Positions 30,370 through 40,944 are shown, numbered from the whole stretch's first letter. The stretch is 58,969 bases of DNA, filler included, from 6 parts of 6 records of this genome joined end to end with filler, not necessarily neighbours in it, one strand, 5' to 3'. The notes: generated by a model not told the origin, from the sequence alone. Numbers and translations: made by a program.

Positions 30370-31322
30370 ACCATCGTGTTCTCTTCAAGATAGGCCTTTA
30401 CATTGTCCCGTCCCTGGCCGATGCGCTCTTCGCCCATGGAGTACCAGCTGCCGCTCTTCTGTATCAGGTTGTACTTCAGGGCCGCATCCATCAGGCTGGC
30501 GCTGGAGGATATCCCTTTGCCGAAGATGATCTCCAGTTCGGTCTTTCTGAAGGGGGGAGCGACCTTGTTCTTTACGACCTTGACCCGCACCCTGTTTCCG
30601 ACGGCGTCTTCCTGGCCCTTGGCCATGGTCTCGATCTTGCGGACCTCCAGACGGACGGAGGAGTAGAATTTGAGGGCGTTGCCGCCGGTTGTGGTCTCGG
30701 GGTTGCCGAACATGACGCCGATTTTCATCCTGATCTGGTTGATGAACACAAGGCAGGCGTTTGATTTGGAGATAATGCCCGTAAGCTTTCTGAGAGCCTG
30801 GCTCATAAGCCTGGCCTGGAGGCCCACATGGGAGTCTCCCATATCTCCTTCGATCTCCGCCCTCGGCGTCAGTGCCGCGACCGAGTCGACGACGATGATA
30901 TCCACCGCTCCCGAACGGACGAGGGACTCGGCTATCTCGAGGGACTGCTCCCCCGTGTCGGGCTGGGATACCCAGAGCTCGTCCACATTCACCCCCAGGC
31001 CGCGGGCATAGACGGGATCCAGCGCATGCTCGGCGTCGATAAAGGCCGCGATCCCTCCTTTCTTCTGGGATTCTGCAATGGCATGGAGGGCCAGGGTCGT
31101 CTTTCCGGATGATTCGGGGCCGTAGATCTCTATGATCCTTCCCTTGGGATAGCCTCCCACGCCCAGGGCTTCGTCCAGAAGGATGGAGCCTGAGGGAATG
31201 GCCTCGACTTCCAGATGGGGCTGTTCTCCCATCTTCATAATAGAGCCCTTGCCGAACTGCTTCTCTATCTGCAGCCTGGCTGCCTCAATCGCTTTACTCT
31301 TATCGGTGCTGTTGTCTGCCAT
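30370..31322 (-). CDS. recA: Recombinase RecA, 3'-truncated
   Basis: [56 protein letters not shown]. Confidence 0.98.
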
Positions 31323-31493
31323 CCCGGCCTCCTGCGTAGCTGTGCCGCTTGTAATACATGCTCATCCCTTTTCAAAACAGGGACCTGAATATACTACAGC
31401 ATTAGCGGCTCTGTTGCTTCATACATATATACAAAAAAAATAATTTATTGAGAAATACTATACATATGTGTGCTTACTATAGCAGAGAAAGGA

Positions 31494-32588
31494 CTAGGGT
31501 TCAACAGTATTGTGAACCGAGCTGACTCTGATGGTGAAACGTTCTCTGTCCTGGACCTCGATCTTTCCGAGAATTTCCAGAGGAAGGGAGCTGTCCAGGC
31601 GGACCTGGAAATCCGTGTACACGGGCACGATCCCTTCCAGAAGCCGGGCCGTTTCGTATCCCACGAGAAAGTCGAAATTCATCCCCGGATCTTTCATCTC
31701 CAGGTTGGACATGCGCCCCTTCCATCGGATGTAGCAACCGTCGTACAGATAAGGATTCTCCTTCACCGCAGCGTACTCAAACAGGTTTGAGAAGTCCGTG
31801 AAATCGGGCTCTTTGAGATAGGAGGCCAGGATCCTGGCTCTCTGCTTTATGTTTTCGGAGGCGTTTGAATAGAGTATCCTGTTGATCTCCACTCTCGCCC
31901 GGTCGTCCTGATAGGCGTCGAAGAAGCTCTGAGCCGTTTTCAGCGCGCTCAGGATCTGGTCCTCACTCATGTTGAAAATGAATCCCTGAGGCTCCTGCTC
32001 TACCAGGGTTTCCTTCTTCAGGTCGTTGAACATATGGGCCAGATCTTCACGGGAGGGGGTGCTGTCTCTGCGCAGAAGGCCGGTAAGGTTTTCCCTGAGT
32101 GCGAATCCCCCGTATGCCAGAATCAGAATCGCCGGAATCAGAGCGGCCCATAGGGGCATGGCCGGCCTTATCCGGGGCAGGAGAGGAGAGAATCTCCCCT
32201 TCCTGAGGTAGGAGTCCATGCTTTCGGAGTCCGAGATCCTGCGGATCTTTTCCAGCCCCCGCTTCGCCTGAGGGCAGGAGGGCTCTATGTCCAGGATCCC
32301 CAGCCAGATCCTGACGGCCTCGGTGGTATCCTTCTTCCTGAGTGCCAGGACCGCTAAGAAGAGGCGTGGCGATACGGCGTTTCTGTCGACCTGCACCGCC
32401 CTCTTGAGATAGGTGTCGGCCCCGCCGTTATCTCCGTTTCGAAGACAGGCGACGCCGAGGATATAGTAAAACTGATAGTTCTCAAGGAACATGGGCACCT
32501 TGGGCTCCAGGAGGGAAACGACCTTTCCGTTCTTGCCCGCCCGCAGATGCCTGTACGCTTTCTTGAGGGTTTTATTGTATATTTTCAT
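31494..32588 (-). CDS. TPR-containing single-pass membrane protein
   Basis: N-terminal TPR helices (YYILGVACLRNGDNGGADTYLKRAVQVD), a TM segment (LWAALIPAILILAYGGFAL) and a C-terminal OB-like region. Confidence 0.78.
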   Translation of the reverse strand: MKIYNKTLKKAYRHLRAGKNGKVVSLLEPKVPMFLENYQFYYILGVACLRNGDNGGADTYLKRAVQVDRNAVSPRLFLAVLALRKKDTTEAVRIWLGILDIEPSCPQAKRGLEKIRRISDSESMDSYLRKGRFSPLLPRIRPAMPLWAALIPAILILAYGGFALRENLTGLLRRDSTPSREDLAHMFNDLKKETLVEQEPQGFIFNMSEDQILSALKTAQSFFDAYQDDRARVEINRILYSNASENIKQRARILASYLKEPDFTDFSNLFEYAAVKENPYLYDGCYIRWKGRMSNLEMKDPGMNFDFLVGYETARLLEGIVPVYTDFQVRLDSSLPLEILGKIEVQDRERFTIRVSSVHNTVEP

Positions 32589-33603
32589 AGTGAGACAGCT
32601 TCTGCTTCAATTTTTCCAGTTCTTCTTCAAAGTATTCTGTCTGTGAATTATATACCGGATCATCCGTTAGGAGAAGAGAATCGATCTCAGAGCTTATCTT
32701 ATCTATCAGATCCAGATCGTACTGCATGGCATAGTTGAGTATGATCTGCTTTCCTTCGGGCGTGTCTTCCAGCTCTTCGGGAAGGACGGCCTCTGTTGCG
32801 CCGACGCTTTTAACCGCCGCGCTTTCGTAGACGGGGGAACCGGCGGTCAGGGCGAACTGTACGGTCTCCTCGGTACCGGGAGGCAGGGATACGGGGTTGT
32901 AATAGATAGCGGCGGCGGAATCGTTAATGGAGTAAGGCATAAGTGAGAAATCCCTGCCTTCCCTGTAGTTGAACTCCCAATCGCTGTCGTTCAGTCTCTT
33001 CCAGTTGGCGAAGATAAGGCTGTCAGGCTTCCGGTCGCCCAGGGGGGTGAAGCTGACCTGGGCCGCCTCTCCGGGATAGGTGCTCCATGAGGAGGGTACG
33101 TCCGACGCCGTCCAGCGGCGTTCCGAATTGACGGGAACGTTGCCGGGGATCGTGAAGTCCGGTCCGTTGTCGTTGTTGTAGCTGTCTATCAGATTCTTCA
33201 GCCCCACGGAGATATAGTTTCTGGACAGATTCCTGACGGTAACGGTGATCCTGAAGCCCCGGATATCGTGATCCCTCTGCACCGACTGGGTCACATGGAG
33301 CACCTTGTTGCTCCAGTGGGCGACGACCAGTCCGGGGTACTCTTCCACATGCTGGTTGAAGAAGGAGTTCTTCTGAAGCCTGTAGCTTCTGTTGTCCAGG
33401 ACCAGGGTCATGTAGGATGTCCTGTCGTCCCTGTCCTCGAAGAGGGACTTCATGGAGCCGTCCTGGATGTAGCTCAGGCCCCAGACGCCGTCCTTCTCAT
33501 TGAAGTTGATGACGGATGAGTTATCCTTGACCTCCAGGGCTCCGAGGGCCGCCGAAAGGGCGAAAAGAAACAAAAGGCATGTAACGATAGTATTATTCCG
33601 CAC
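32572..33603 (-). CDS. Secreted/periplasmic hypothetical protein
   Basis: Signal peptide, beta-rich core and C-terminal coiled coil. Overlaps both neighbouring genes. Confidence 0.75.
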   Translation of the reverse strand: MRNNTIVTCLLFLFALSAALGALEVKDNSSVINFNEKDGVWGLSYIQDGSMKSLFEDRDDRTSYMTLVLDNRSYRLQKNSFFNQHVEEYPGLVVAHWSNKVLHVTQSVQRDHDIRGFRITVTVRNLSRNYISVGLKNLIDSYNNDNGPDFTIPGNVPVNSERRWTASDVPSSWSTYPGEAAQVSFTPLGDRKPDSLIFANWKRLNDSDWEFNYREGRDFSLMPYSINDSAAAIYYNPVSLPPGTEETVQFALTAGSPVYESAAVKSVGATEAVLPEELEDTPEGKQIILNYAMQYDLDLIDKISSEIDSLLLTDDPVYNSQTEYFEEELEKLKQKLSHYENIQ

Positions 33604-34405
33604 CGGAACCTCCCTTGCCGCTCAACAGAAACTGCTTCAGACGAAGAGCCTCCTCTTTGAGGGCCAGAAGCTTTAATCTGTTTTCATACATCTCCCGGGT
33701 CCGGGTCAGTTCTATGAGCTTGTCCTGGTAGACCTCCAGGGCCTGATTGAACTCCTTCTCCTTCTGCTCGTACTCGGCGGTGCTTTTGAGGAATTCCTCA
33801 TGGCTCCACTGGAGCATCTTGAGAAGCTCCTCCTCCCTGTAGCGGTATTCTATCAGGGAGAGGCGGTACCGGGAGGCCTCGGTTTTGATGCTCCGCGGGT
33901 AGCTTTCCAGGAGGGTCTTGTAGATCTCGGCGGCCTCGTCGAAACGGCCCATGGCATAGAGAGACTCCCCTATCCAGAACAGGCTGTTCGCATAATAGGG
34001 GCTTTCGGGAAAGCCGGTCAGGAAGGACGAATAGAAGTGGATGCACTTGTCGTACTCGTTCTGCAAAAAGAGAATCCGCCCCTTGTAATAGCGAGCGTCC
34101 ATGTTGTGCCCGTGGGACGGATGGTCTATAAGGTAGTCTTCAAGGCTTCGGGAAGCCCTGTCCAGGTCGTTCATCTCCAACAGGCTGCGGCTCATCCAGT
34201 AGAGGGCGTCGCCATGGAGCTCCGTCGAGTCCGGATCGTCCAGGACCGTCTGGAATAGCCGCAGCGACTGGTCGTAACGCGCTTCTTTGAAAAGATCCAG
34301 TCCGTACATAAGCTCGTCTTCCAGGGCATCGGCCGCGCACAGGGGCCATGCGAGAAAGGCAAGGCCGAGCAGGGTCAGCGGGAAACGCAGATAATTCCAT
34401 TTCAT
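33593..34405 (-). CDS. Periplasmic TPR protein (CpoB/BamD-like)
   Basis: Signal peptide, TPRs (DALYWMSR, DARYYKGR, FPESPYYANSLFWIGESLY) and a coiled-coil tail. Confidence 0.82.
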   Translation of the reverse strand: MKWNYLRFPLTLLGLAFLAWPLCAADALEDELMYGLDLFKEARYDQSLRLFQTVLDDPDSTELHGDALYWMSRSLLEMNDLDRASRSLEDYLIDHPSHGHNMDARYYKGRILFLQNEYDKCIHFYSSFLTGFPESPYYANSLFWIGESLYAMGRFDEAAEIYKTLLESYPRSIKTEASRYRLSLIEYRYREEELLKMLQWSHEEFLKSTAEYEQKEKEFNQALEVYQDKLIELTRTREMYENRLKLLALKEEALRLKQFLLSGKGGSGAE

Positions 34406-34472
34406 GAAACAACACCTCTATGCTTCAAAGCATCGGCGCCCCCGCCTTAAAAATAAAATCCTTTTACCCTCT

Positions 34473-35129
34473 TCAGGCGTTTTTCATGGCCTTGAGCGCT
34501 TTCGCGGGGTCATCGGCGCCGAAAAAGGCGGAACCGGCTACGAACACGTCTATTCCCGCTTCCTTTGCGGCAGCGACGGTGTTCGTATTGATCCCCCCGT
34601 CGACGGAAATCTCGAAATCAAGGCCCAGGGAGTTTCTGAGCGCCACCAGTTCCCTGACCTTGTCCAGGCAGAAGGGGATCATGGACTGGCCGCCGTAGCC
34701 CGGATTGACGGTCATTATAAGGACCAGGTCCAGTTCGGGGAGGATCTCTTTGATCAGGGACACGGGGGTGGACGGCACCAGGGAGACGCCGGCCTTCGCG
34801 CCGCCGGCCTTGATCATCTGAACGATTCTGTGGGCATGCACGACCGCCTCCAGATGGAAGGTGATGATATCGGAGCCTGCTTTGAGGAAAGATTCGATGT
34901 GTTTTTCCGGTTTCTCGATCATCAAATGGACGTCCAGGGGGAGTTCTGTAACGGCTCTGACCGCCTTTACCATCTGAGCTCCGAAGGTGATTTCGGGGAC
35001 GAAAGATCCGTCCATGACATCCATATGGACCCATTCGGCCCCGCAGGTTTCGATAAGTTTGATCCCCTCTCCTACGGCCGCGAAATCAGAGGCCAGTATG
35101 GAGGGTGCGCATTTAATCATTTTCTTCAT
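34473..35129 (-). CDS. rpe: Ribulose-phosphate 3-epimerase
   Basis: APSILASDF, HMDVMDG.FVP, DVHLMI, MTVNPGYGGQ, VDGGIN, VAGS. Confidence 0.97.
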   Translation of the reverse strand: MKKMIKCAPSILASDFAAVGEGIKLIETCGAEWVHMDVMDGSFVPEITFGAQMVKAVRAVTELPLDVHLMIEKPEKHIESFLKAGSDIITFHLEAVVHAHRIVQMIKAGGAKAGVSLVPSTPVSLIKEILPELDLVLIMTVNPGYGGQSMIPFCLDKVRELVALRNSLGLDFEISVDGGINTNTVAAAKEAGIDVFVAGSAFFGADDPAKALKAMKNA

Positions 35130-35228
35130 ATTCCCATTATACAGTTATGTCGATTTTTGTAAAACCTGAAGCGGTCCTCCAGATTGAGAGGGAAAAGCAA
35201 TTTCCCGTCACAGCAGGTCTTGGATTTG

Positions 35229-35256
35229 TTGACTAAACTCACAGGTCAGGTATAAT
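35229..35256 (+). promoter_or_regulatory. Sigma70-type promoter for the TPR-greA operon
   Basis: TTGACT-16 nt-TATAAT, about 50 nt upstream of ATG 35307. Confidence 0.7.
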
Positions 35257-35306
35257 GAAAAAGATGCGTTAATACATTTACCTGAAGGAATCAGGTTTGG
35301 ACTGGA

Positions 35307-36248
35307 ATGAGTGTGAGTGATTGCCCCAAGGACATAGATGACTGCCTCGAAGATGTCTATCGTGCGTTGGGACATCGTGATCTTGACGGGGCCATGGGCT
35401 TGCTCGATAAGGCTTATTCCATAGATTTTGACCGCAAGGATCTGGGCGGCCTTCTGAGGATGTTTACGTTCTGGAAGGAACGCTGGAACAGGATGAGTGA
35501 TTTCGGCGGCCCTTACGAAAAGGGAGAGTTCCTTCTGAAGCAGTGGGAGCATTTTCTGAGCTGGTCGGACCGGATCATGGGTTCTGTTGATGAGAAGGGA
35601 GTTCAATCCCTGAAACATATGGTTCATTCCGAGGCGCTGAGCTGTTACGAACAGCTCCCCGCGGATGACGGCAGCGATGTGGAGTTGCATCTTGGCAGAG
35701 GACGCTGTCACAAGGTGCTTGGAGATTATGAAACGGCGACGGCCATCCTTGAATGGGGAGTGAAATTCAACCGGGAGAACCCTGAGATCCTGGCGGAATT
35801 GGCCGACACCTACGCCCTGGTCGATGAGATGCAGGGCGCCAAGCTGTTTTTCAGGGAGGCCTTTTATCTTGATCCGGATCAGGTGGATTTGGACCGCCTG
35901 GAGTCGGGGCTGATCAAAAGGCTTATGGAAAAAGTTTCAGAGACCGGAGTCAAGGAGGAGTACATAAAGGACTGGCTGCCTGTTTACGGCGTCATCTACG
36001 GTGTATTCAATGTGAAAAGGGAATTGAGGCCGATTGAGTACGGAAAGCTCAAACAGTCGATTTTCTCTCTCCAGAATGAAATCCGGCAATCGAATGGGAA
36101 CGGGAAGCTGGTGCCCCGTTTAATAAATAGGTATTTCTGGCTTATCGATCATTACATAAGCGCGAAGGAAGACAGAAAGACAATCGACGAGGTTCTTATG
36201 AATATCAAGTTGCTTAACCCGTCGATCTACCGGCAGTACGTAAAATGA
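35307..36248 (+). CDS. TPR-containing protein upstream of greA
   Basis: TPR helices (LGRGRCHKVLGDYETA; LAELADTYALVDE..AKLFFREAF). Confidence 0.82.
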   Translation: MSVSDCPKDIDDCLEDVYRALGHRDLDGAMGLLDKAYSIDFDRKDLGGLLRMFTFWKERWNRMSDFGGPYEKGEFLLKQWEHFLSWSDRIMGSVDEKGVQSLKHMVHSEALSCYEQLPADDGSDVELHLGRGRCHKVLGDYETATAILEWGVKFNRENPEILAELADTYALVDEMQGAKLFFREAFYLDPDQVDLDRLESGLIKRLMEKVSETGVKEEYIKDWLPVYGVIYGVFNVKRELRPIEYGKLKQSIFSLQNEIRQSNGNGKLVPRLINRYFWLIDHYISAKEDRKTIDEVLMNIKLLNPSIYRQYVK

Positions 36249-36266
36249 TTTAGGAGTTATTTAAAG

Positions 36267-38960
36267 ATGTCTGAAGAAATGATCAACAAAATCAGTGATC
36301 TGCTGAATGAGGAAAAATGGACCAGGGCCTCTCTGGGTAATTATACAAAGAAGAATTTCGAAGAGCTGGATGAAACCATCAGCGAGATCCTGGCATCCAA
36401 CATCAACGATGAAATCAGGGATCTCTGCGAAGAGCATCTGCATCACTCCAAGAACAGCATCATCGCTCTCTATATCTCAGGAATCATCGCATTGGACAAA
36501 CAGCAGATCGACGATTCCCATCTGGTTGAACTGATCAATATATTCTCCAGTAATCATAAATGGAACATCGTAGAGTTCCTCTGCGGCCGGATCCTCGTGT
36601 TCGGAGAGAATAAGATGGCACTCCGCGTGCTCGCCGACTGCTATGCCAACAACGATCGCCAGGACGAGGTTTACGATATCTGGGAAAGGCTCATCAAGAT
36701 CGACTACAATGAGTCGGACATCGTTAAGAAACTGGCAGAGAAGAAAGAGGCCGACGGCGAGAACGAAGAGGCCGTCACCTACTATAAGAAGGCTATCCAC
36801 AGATACATCAACAAAAACCAGTTCGCCAGCGTCAAGGAGATCTGGGCAAGGCTGATCGAGCTGAATCTGGACGATCTCGAGTTCTTCCTCCTTGTGGAAA
36901 AGAAGATCGCCAAGACCATGAGCCCCGAGAAATCTACCATCCTGCTGGAAGAGCTCTATCCCCCTATCCAGGAAAAGGGAGACTGGTCCGTGGCCATCGA
37001 CATCCTCAAGCTGATCCTGCAGTACGACGCCAAGAGCCCCTGGGCCCGGAAAGAGATCGTGGGCTGCTACAGGAGCCTTTACCAGGAGCACAGCCAGCTG
37101 GAGGAGTACATCAAGCTGTCCAACCTCAATCAGAGCTGGAGAAACATCAGCGAAGCCATCTCTGATTTCGAAAAGCACATCTCCTTCGACGCCGGTAATT
37201 TCGTCTTCCATAAGACCTGGGGCGTAGGCGTTATCCGCGAGATCAAGGGCGACGAGATCACCATTGACTTCGCCGCCAAGCGCGGTCACTCCATGAGCCT
37301 GAAGATGGCCGTCAACGCCCTGCTGAGTCTGAACAAAAACCATATCTGGGTTCTCAAGAGCATCGTTCCCAAGCAGAAGCTTCACGACAAGGTGAAGAAG
37401 GATATCCCCTGGAGTCTGAAAACCGTCATAAAGAGTTTCGACAACGCCGCGGATATGAAGAAGATCAAGGCCGAGCTGGTGCCCTCCGTCCTGACCCAGG
37501 GCGAGTGGTCAAGCTGGAGTACGGAGGCCCGGCGCATCCTGAAGACCGATGCGGATTTCGGAAACATGCCCGAGAAGCTGGACCTTTTTATGGTAAGGGA
37601 CAAGCCCATTACCTTCGAGGAGAAGACCTTCAACCGCTTCAAGGCAGAGGCTAATTTCTTCGACCGTTACCAGACCATCCTGGAGTTTATGGCAGATGCC
37701 GATCCCGATTCCGACTACTTCGCCGAAATGTTCAACTACTTCACCGCCTTCCTGAAGGCGGCAAACGTCAACGAGCAGGTGGTTTGCTCCTACCTCTTCG
37801 TCATGAAGACCATCAAGGACTTCCCCTTCCTCAACCCCGGAATCAACTACGGCTTCAAAGAGCTGTTCGATGATATCGAGGATCTGGAGCCCCTGTTCAA
37901 GGCCATACAGTACGCCGACCTGAAGAGGGACTTCCTTCAGAGCATCAAGAGAAACATCGAGGACTGGCAGAACTACTACATCCAGCTCTTCCCCTACTAC
38001 CTCAACAAGTCGGTAGTCGAGGAACTGGTCAACAAGGGGTTCGACGAGCTCGTGAAGAACAAGCTCCAGGATATCATGACCCACTTCCGTGAATTCCGCG
38101 AGGCCTTCCTGTGGATCGCCCGCTCCGCGGTGGACGAGCCCTGGTTCCAGGACCTGGGCATCTCCTACGAGAAGATCCTGATCAATATGATTCACCTTCT
38201 GGACATCACCTTCCGGGACATCAGCAACAAGCGCAACGTCACGGAGAACAAGAAGCTGAACAGGGCCATACAGACCTACCTGTTCAAGGAGAGCCGTCTG
38301 GAGGACTTCATCCTCAGCGGAGACGAGGATACGGTCAGCCGCCTCTTCACCCTCCTTCAGGACGTCAAGGAGATGGACGTTACCGTCGTCATCGCCATCC
38401 GCCAGAAGATCAAGGACAAATATCCCAAGATCCGTTTTCTCGGAGAGGCAGAGGAAACACCTGTCGCCTCCTCCGCCCCCAGAGGCCTTATCGTTCTCGA
38501 AGAGAGCTTGCGGGCCAAGCAGAAAGAGCTCAAGTATATCCTCGAGGTCGAGGTGCCGCAGAACTCCAAGGAGATCGGTATCGCCATCGAGATGGGAGAC
38601 CTCAAGGAGAACGCCGAGTACAAAGCCGGTAAGGAAAAACAGGAGTCCCTCAATATCCAGGTGGGCAAGCTGAAAGAGGGCATCGAGAAAGCCAAGGTAT
38701 TCGATCCCGAGTCTCTGGATACCAGCCGCATCTCCTTCGGCACCAAGGTCAGCCTGAGCAATCTGGACAGCGGAAAAGAAGAGATCTATACGATCCTGGG
38801 GCCCTGGGAGTCCGATCCCTCCAACAATGTCATCTCCTATGTCTCCCCCTTCGGTAGCGCCGTGATGGGAAGCGGCGTGGATGAGGAGCTGAAGTTCACG
38901 ATCAACGAGAAGGAGTACAGCTACAAGGTCACGGGGATTGAGAAATCCGATATGATCTAA
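36267..38960 (+). CDS. greA: Transcription elongation factor GreA with long N-terminal extension (spirochaete type)
   Basis: C-terminal Gre domain (GDLKENAEY, ISFGTKV, YTILGPWESD, ISYVSPFG) preceded by about 740 aa of helical/TPR-like sequence. Confidence 0.93.
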   Translation: MSEEMINKISDLLNEEKWTRASLGNYTKKNFEELDETISEILASNINDEIRDLCEEHLHHSKNSIIALYISGIIALDKQQIDDSHLVELINIFSSNHKWNIVEFLCGRILVFGENKMALRVLADCYANNDRQDEVYDIWERLIKIDYNESDIVKKLAEKKEADGENEEAVTYYKKAIHRYINKNQFASVKEIWARLIELNLDDLEFFLLVEKKIAKTMSPEKSTILLEELYPPIQEKGDWSVAIDILKLILQYDAKSPWARKEIVGCYRSLYQEHSQLEEYIKLSNLNQSWRNISEAISDFEKHISFDAGNFVFHKTWGVGVIREIKGDEITIDFAAKRGHSMSLKMAVNALLSLNKNHIWVLKSIVPKQKLHDKVKKDIPWSLKTVIKSFDNAADMKKIKAELVPSVLTQGEWSSWSTEARRILKTDADFGNMPEKLDLFMVRDKPITFEEKTFNRFKAEANFFDRYQTILEFMADADPDSDYFAEMFNYFTAFLKAANVNEQVVCSYLFVMKTIKDFPFLNPGINYGFKELFDDIEDLEPLFKAIQYADLKRDFLQSIKRNIEDWQNYYIQLFPYYLNKSVVEELVNKGFDELVKNKLQDIMTHFREFREAFLWIARSAVDEPWFQDLGISYEKILINMIHLLDITFRDISNKRNVTENKKLNRAIQTYLFKESRLEDFILSGDEDTVSRLFTLLQDVKEMDVTVVIAIRQKIKDKYPKIRFLGEAEETPVASSAPRGLIVLEESLRAKQKELKYILEVEVPQNSKEIGIAIEMGDLKENAEYKAGKEKQESLNIQVGKLKEGIEKAKVFDPESLDTSRISFGTKVSLSNLDSGKEEIYTILGPWESDPSNNVISYVSPFGSAVMGSGVDEELKFTINEKEYSYKVTGIEKSDMI

Positions 38961-38984
38961 GGGCTCATTGATCCGACGCGAGGA

Positions 38985-39014
38985 GCGGCAGTCCGAAGGG
39001 GCTGCCGTTTTTTT
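38985..39014 (+). terminator. Rho-independent terminator after greA
   Basis: GCGGCAGTCC-gaag-GGGCTGCCGT followed by a T run. Confidence 0.85.
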
Positions 39015-39088
39015 ATTCGTCTCCGGCCCGAAGGGACGGGCTTCAGGCAGGGTGGAAGCATCCGGGCCGGAAGGCTATACTTTCTGTC

Positions 39089-40169
39089 ATGACGCTCGAT
39101 GATTACACCATGGTCCTCCTCAGCGGCTTCCTCTCCCTTGTATACGGCCTGCAGTTTCTGATTATCAGAGCCTACAGCGGCAGAAGGGGCGTCGGCCTGG
39201 TCCTCTGGGCCGCGTCCTTTTTCTCCTACGGCTCTGGCAATATGGTCAGTCTGCTTTTCTACAGGAGTGGCTCCCCTTTTCTTACCGAATCTCTGACATT
39301 GCTGACCACCTTCGCAGGGCTCTTCCTGCTCCAGGCGGGATGGTGCCGCTACTTCCAGCATTGTTCTGGCCCTTCCTATCGTCTCTTCGCCGTCCTTGTC
39401 GTTATGGGATCGGGGATCCTCTTCTTTCTGTCGGGGGATCTGGACTTGGGTATCCTGAACGGCTTGATTAACATCCTCATGCTGGGCTGGACCGTTGTAT
39501 ACGTCATGCGCTTTTCTTTCAGGGCTCATGAGAGCACTCTCCTTTCAAGCGCGCTTTTTACCGCATCGGGGCTTCTTTTCAGCCTTATGCCTCTCCTGTG
39601 GATTGCCCTCGAATCGCATGACGCACTTTCTGCCGGGATCGCCGCAATGCTTTTTTCTTTCTCATACCCTCTTCAGGACAGCTGTATCATGTTTGCCTTG
39701 CTTCTGGCCGCTATTCACAGAGACAGGCTGCATGACCTTGAGCGTATTAAAGAGAATGAAGCCCTTGCCTCGGAGCTGGAATCGCAGACCGTCACGGACC
39801 CGCTCACGGGAATCAGTAACCGCAGGGGATTTGAGAGGATGAGGTCGCCCGCCTGCTCGGCGAAAACATCAGAGCCCAGGACAGCGTGGCCCGCTGGGGT
39901 GGCGAGGAGTTTATCCTCCTTCTCAAGAATGGGGCGTCCGGGGAGAACGGAATGGTGGTTGAGCGGATCAGGACGGCCGTTGAGAAGGGAGTGCTGGACT
40001 ATGGCGGAGACGAGATAAGGATCACCATGAGCTTTGGATTGGCGGCAGTCCGTCGGGTGGATCAAGACAGCGACGCCGCCGTCATCAGGGCAGACAGGAT
40101 GCTGTACAAGGCAAAAAAACAGGACGAAACAAGGTCGTCCTGTGCGATGATACCCAGTCTGGAGAATAG
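39089..40169 (+). pseudogene. Membrane-bound diguanylate cyclase, disrupted
   Basis: Multi-TM N-terminus and TDPLTGISNRRGF, then a frame switch at about 39840 to EVARLL...VARWGGEEF with the DIDxFKxxND..GH..GD block missing. A second frameshift in the A7 run (40113-40119) separates LYKAK from GRNKV. Confidence 0.85.
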
Positions 40170-40170
40170 G

Positions 40171-40944
40171 CTAGTCCTTCCAGGGGAAGATGGTGCCCTT
40201 CAGCGTCCTCTTGCCCACCTTCTCTCTTTCCTCCCTGATCAGGGCGTTCCAGGGGATCTTCTTCCGATCGGCGTCCGGATTCTCTTCCAGATAGTCATAT
40301 TTCATCAGAAGGAGCTTCATGGCGCTCTCCTGAAGGATCAAGATTCCCCCTATTCCCGGCAGGATAAGCGCCAGGGCGACGGAGACCACCGCGTTGAGCA
40401 GCATCATGAGCGCGAGGACGATGGCCGTACCCGTATTGTCGAAGAAAAGGATAAAGCTCTTCTTCACGATCTTTGTAAAATCCCGGTCAAGGTTATTCAT
40501 CGCAGGGAAGAAAAAGATCAGGGCGACGGATACGATAACGAATATCCAGAAGAGGAAGGCCATGCCCACCAGTCCCATAACATTCCCGAGGGCGCCGTAG
40601 AAACGGAAGCCCGTAATGCAGACGAAGTAGAAAAAGCAGACCACGACCCCCAGGATCAGGCTGGTCTTCCAGCTTTTCTTCAGGTGGCCCAGGATGTCTT
40701 TGATCTCGGGAGAATTATAGTGGACCAGGTCTCTGAAATAGGCTGATACGGCGCCAGAATAGACGAACAGCAGCAGGATGCTGCCGAAAAGCGTGATCAT
40801 GCTCAGCAGCGGAATCCCCGCCAGAGCTCTCGGTACGAATACGGGAACGGCCGCCAGCAGTACGAATACGAAGTTTGCCAGTAGAACCCTTCCCATATTG
40901 TCCCAGGCGTCCCAGAAGGCCTTCTGAAGCATAAATAAAATCAT
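40171..40944 (-). CDS. Integral membrane protein (DUF624/YesL-like)
   Basis: About five to six hydrophobic segments in a 257-aa ORF with an AGGAG RBS. Confidence 0.72.
   Translation of the reverse strand: MILFMLQKAFWDAWDNMGRVLLANFVFVLLAAVPVFVPRALAGIPLLSMITLFGSILLLFVYSGAVSAYFRDLVHYNSPEIKDILGHLKKSWKTSLILGVVVCFFYFVCITGFRFYGALGNVMGLVGMAFLFWIFVIVSVALIFFFPAMNNLDRDFTKIVKKSFILFFDNTGTAIVLALMMLLNAVVSVALALILPGIGGILILQESAMKLLLMKYDYLEENPDADRKKIPWNALIREEREKVGKRTLKGTIFPWKD

Noticed and set aside
31323..31493. LexA/SOS box upstream of recA
   Set aside because: CTGAATATACTACAG has 9-nt rather than 10-nt spacing, and the ATACAT repeats lie in AT-rich, low-complexity sequence. Not supportable.
36477..38195. 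Long antisense ORFs (302 and 228 aa) opposite greA
   Set aside because: Shadow ORFs caused by strong GC3 codon bias, with no motifs or RBS.
39886..40746. 286-aa ORF starting ARWGGEEF as a novel GGDEF fusion
   Set aside because: It is the frameshifted tail of the DGC pseudogene reading through antisense to the 40171-40944 gene.
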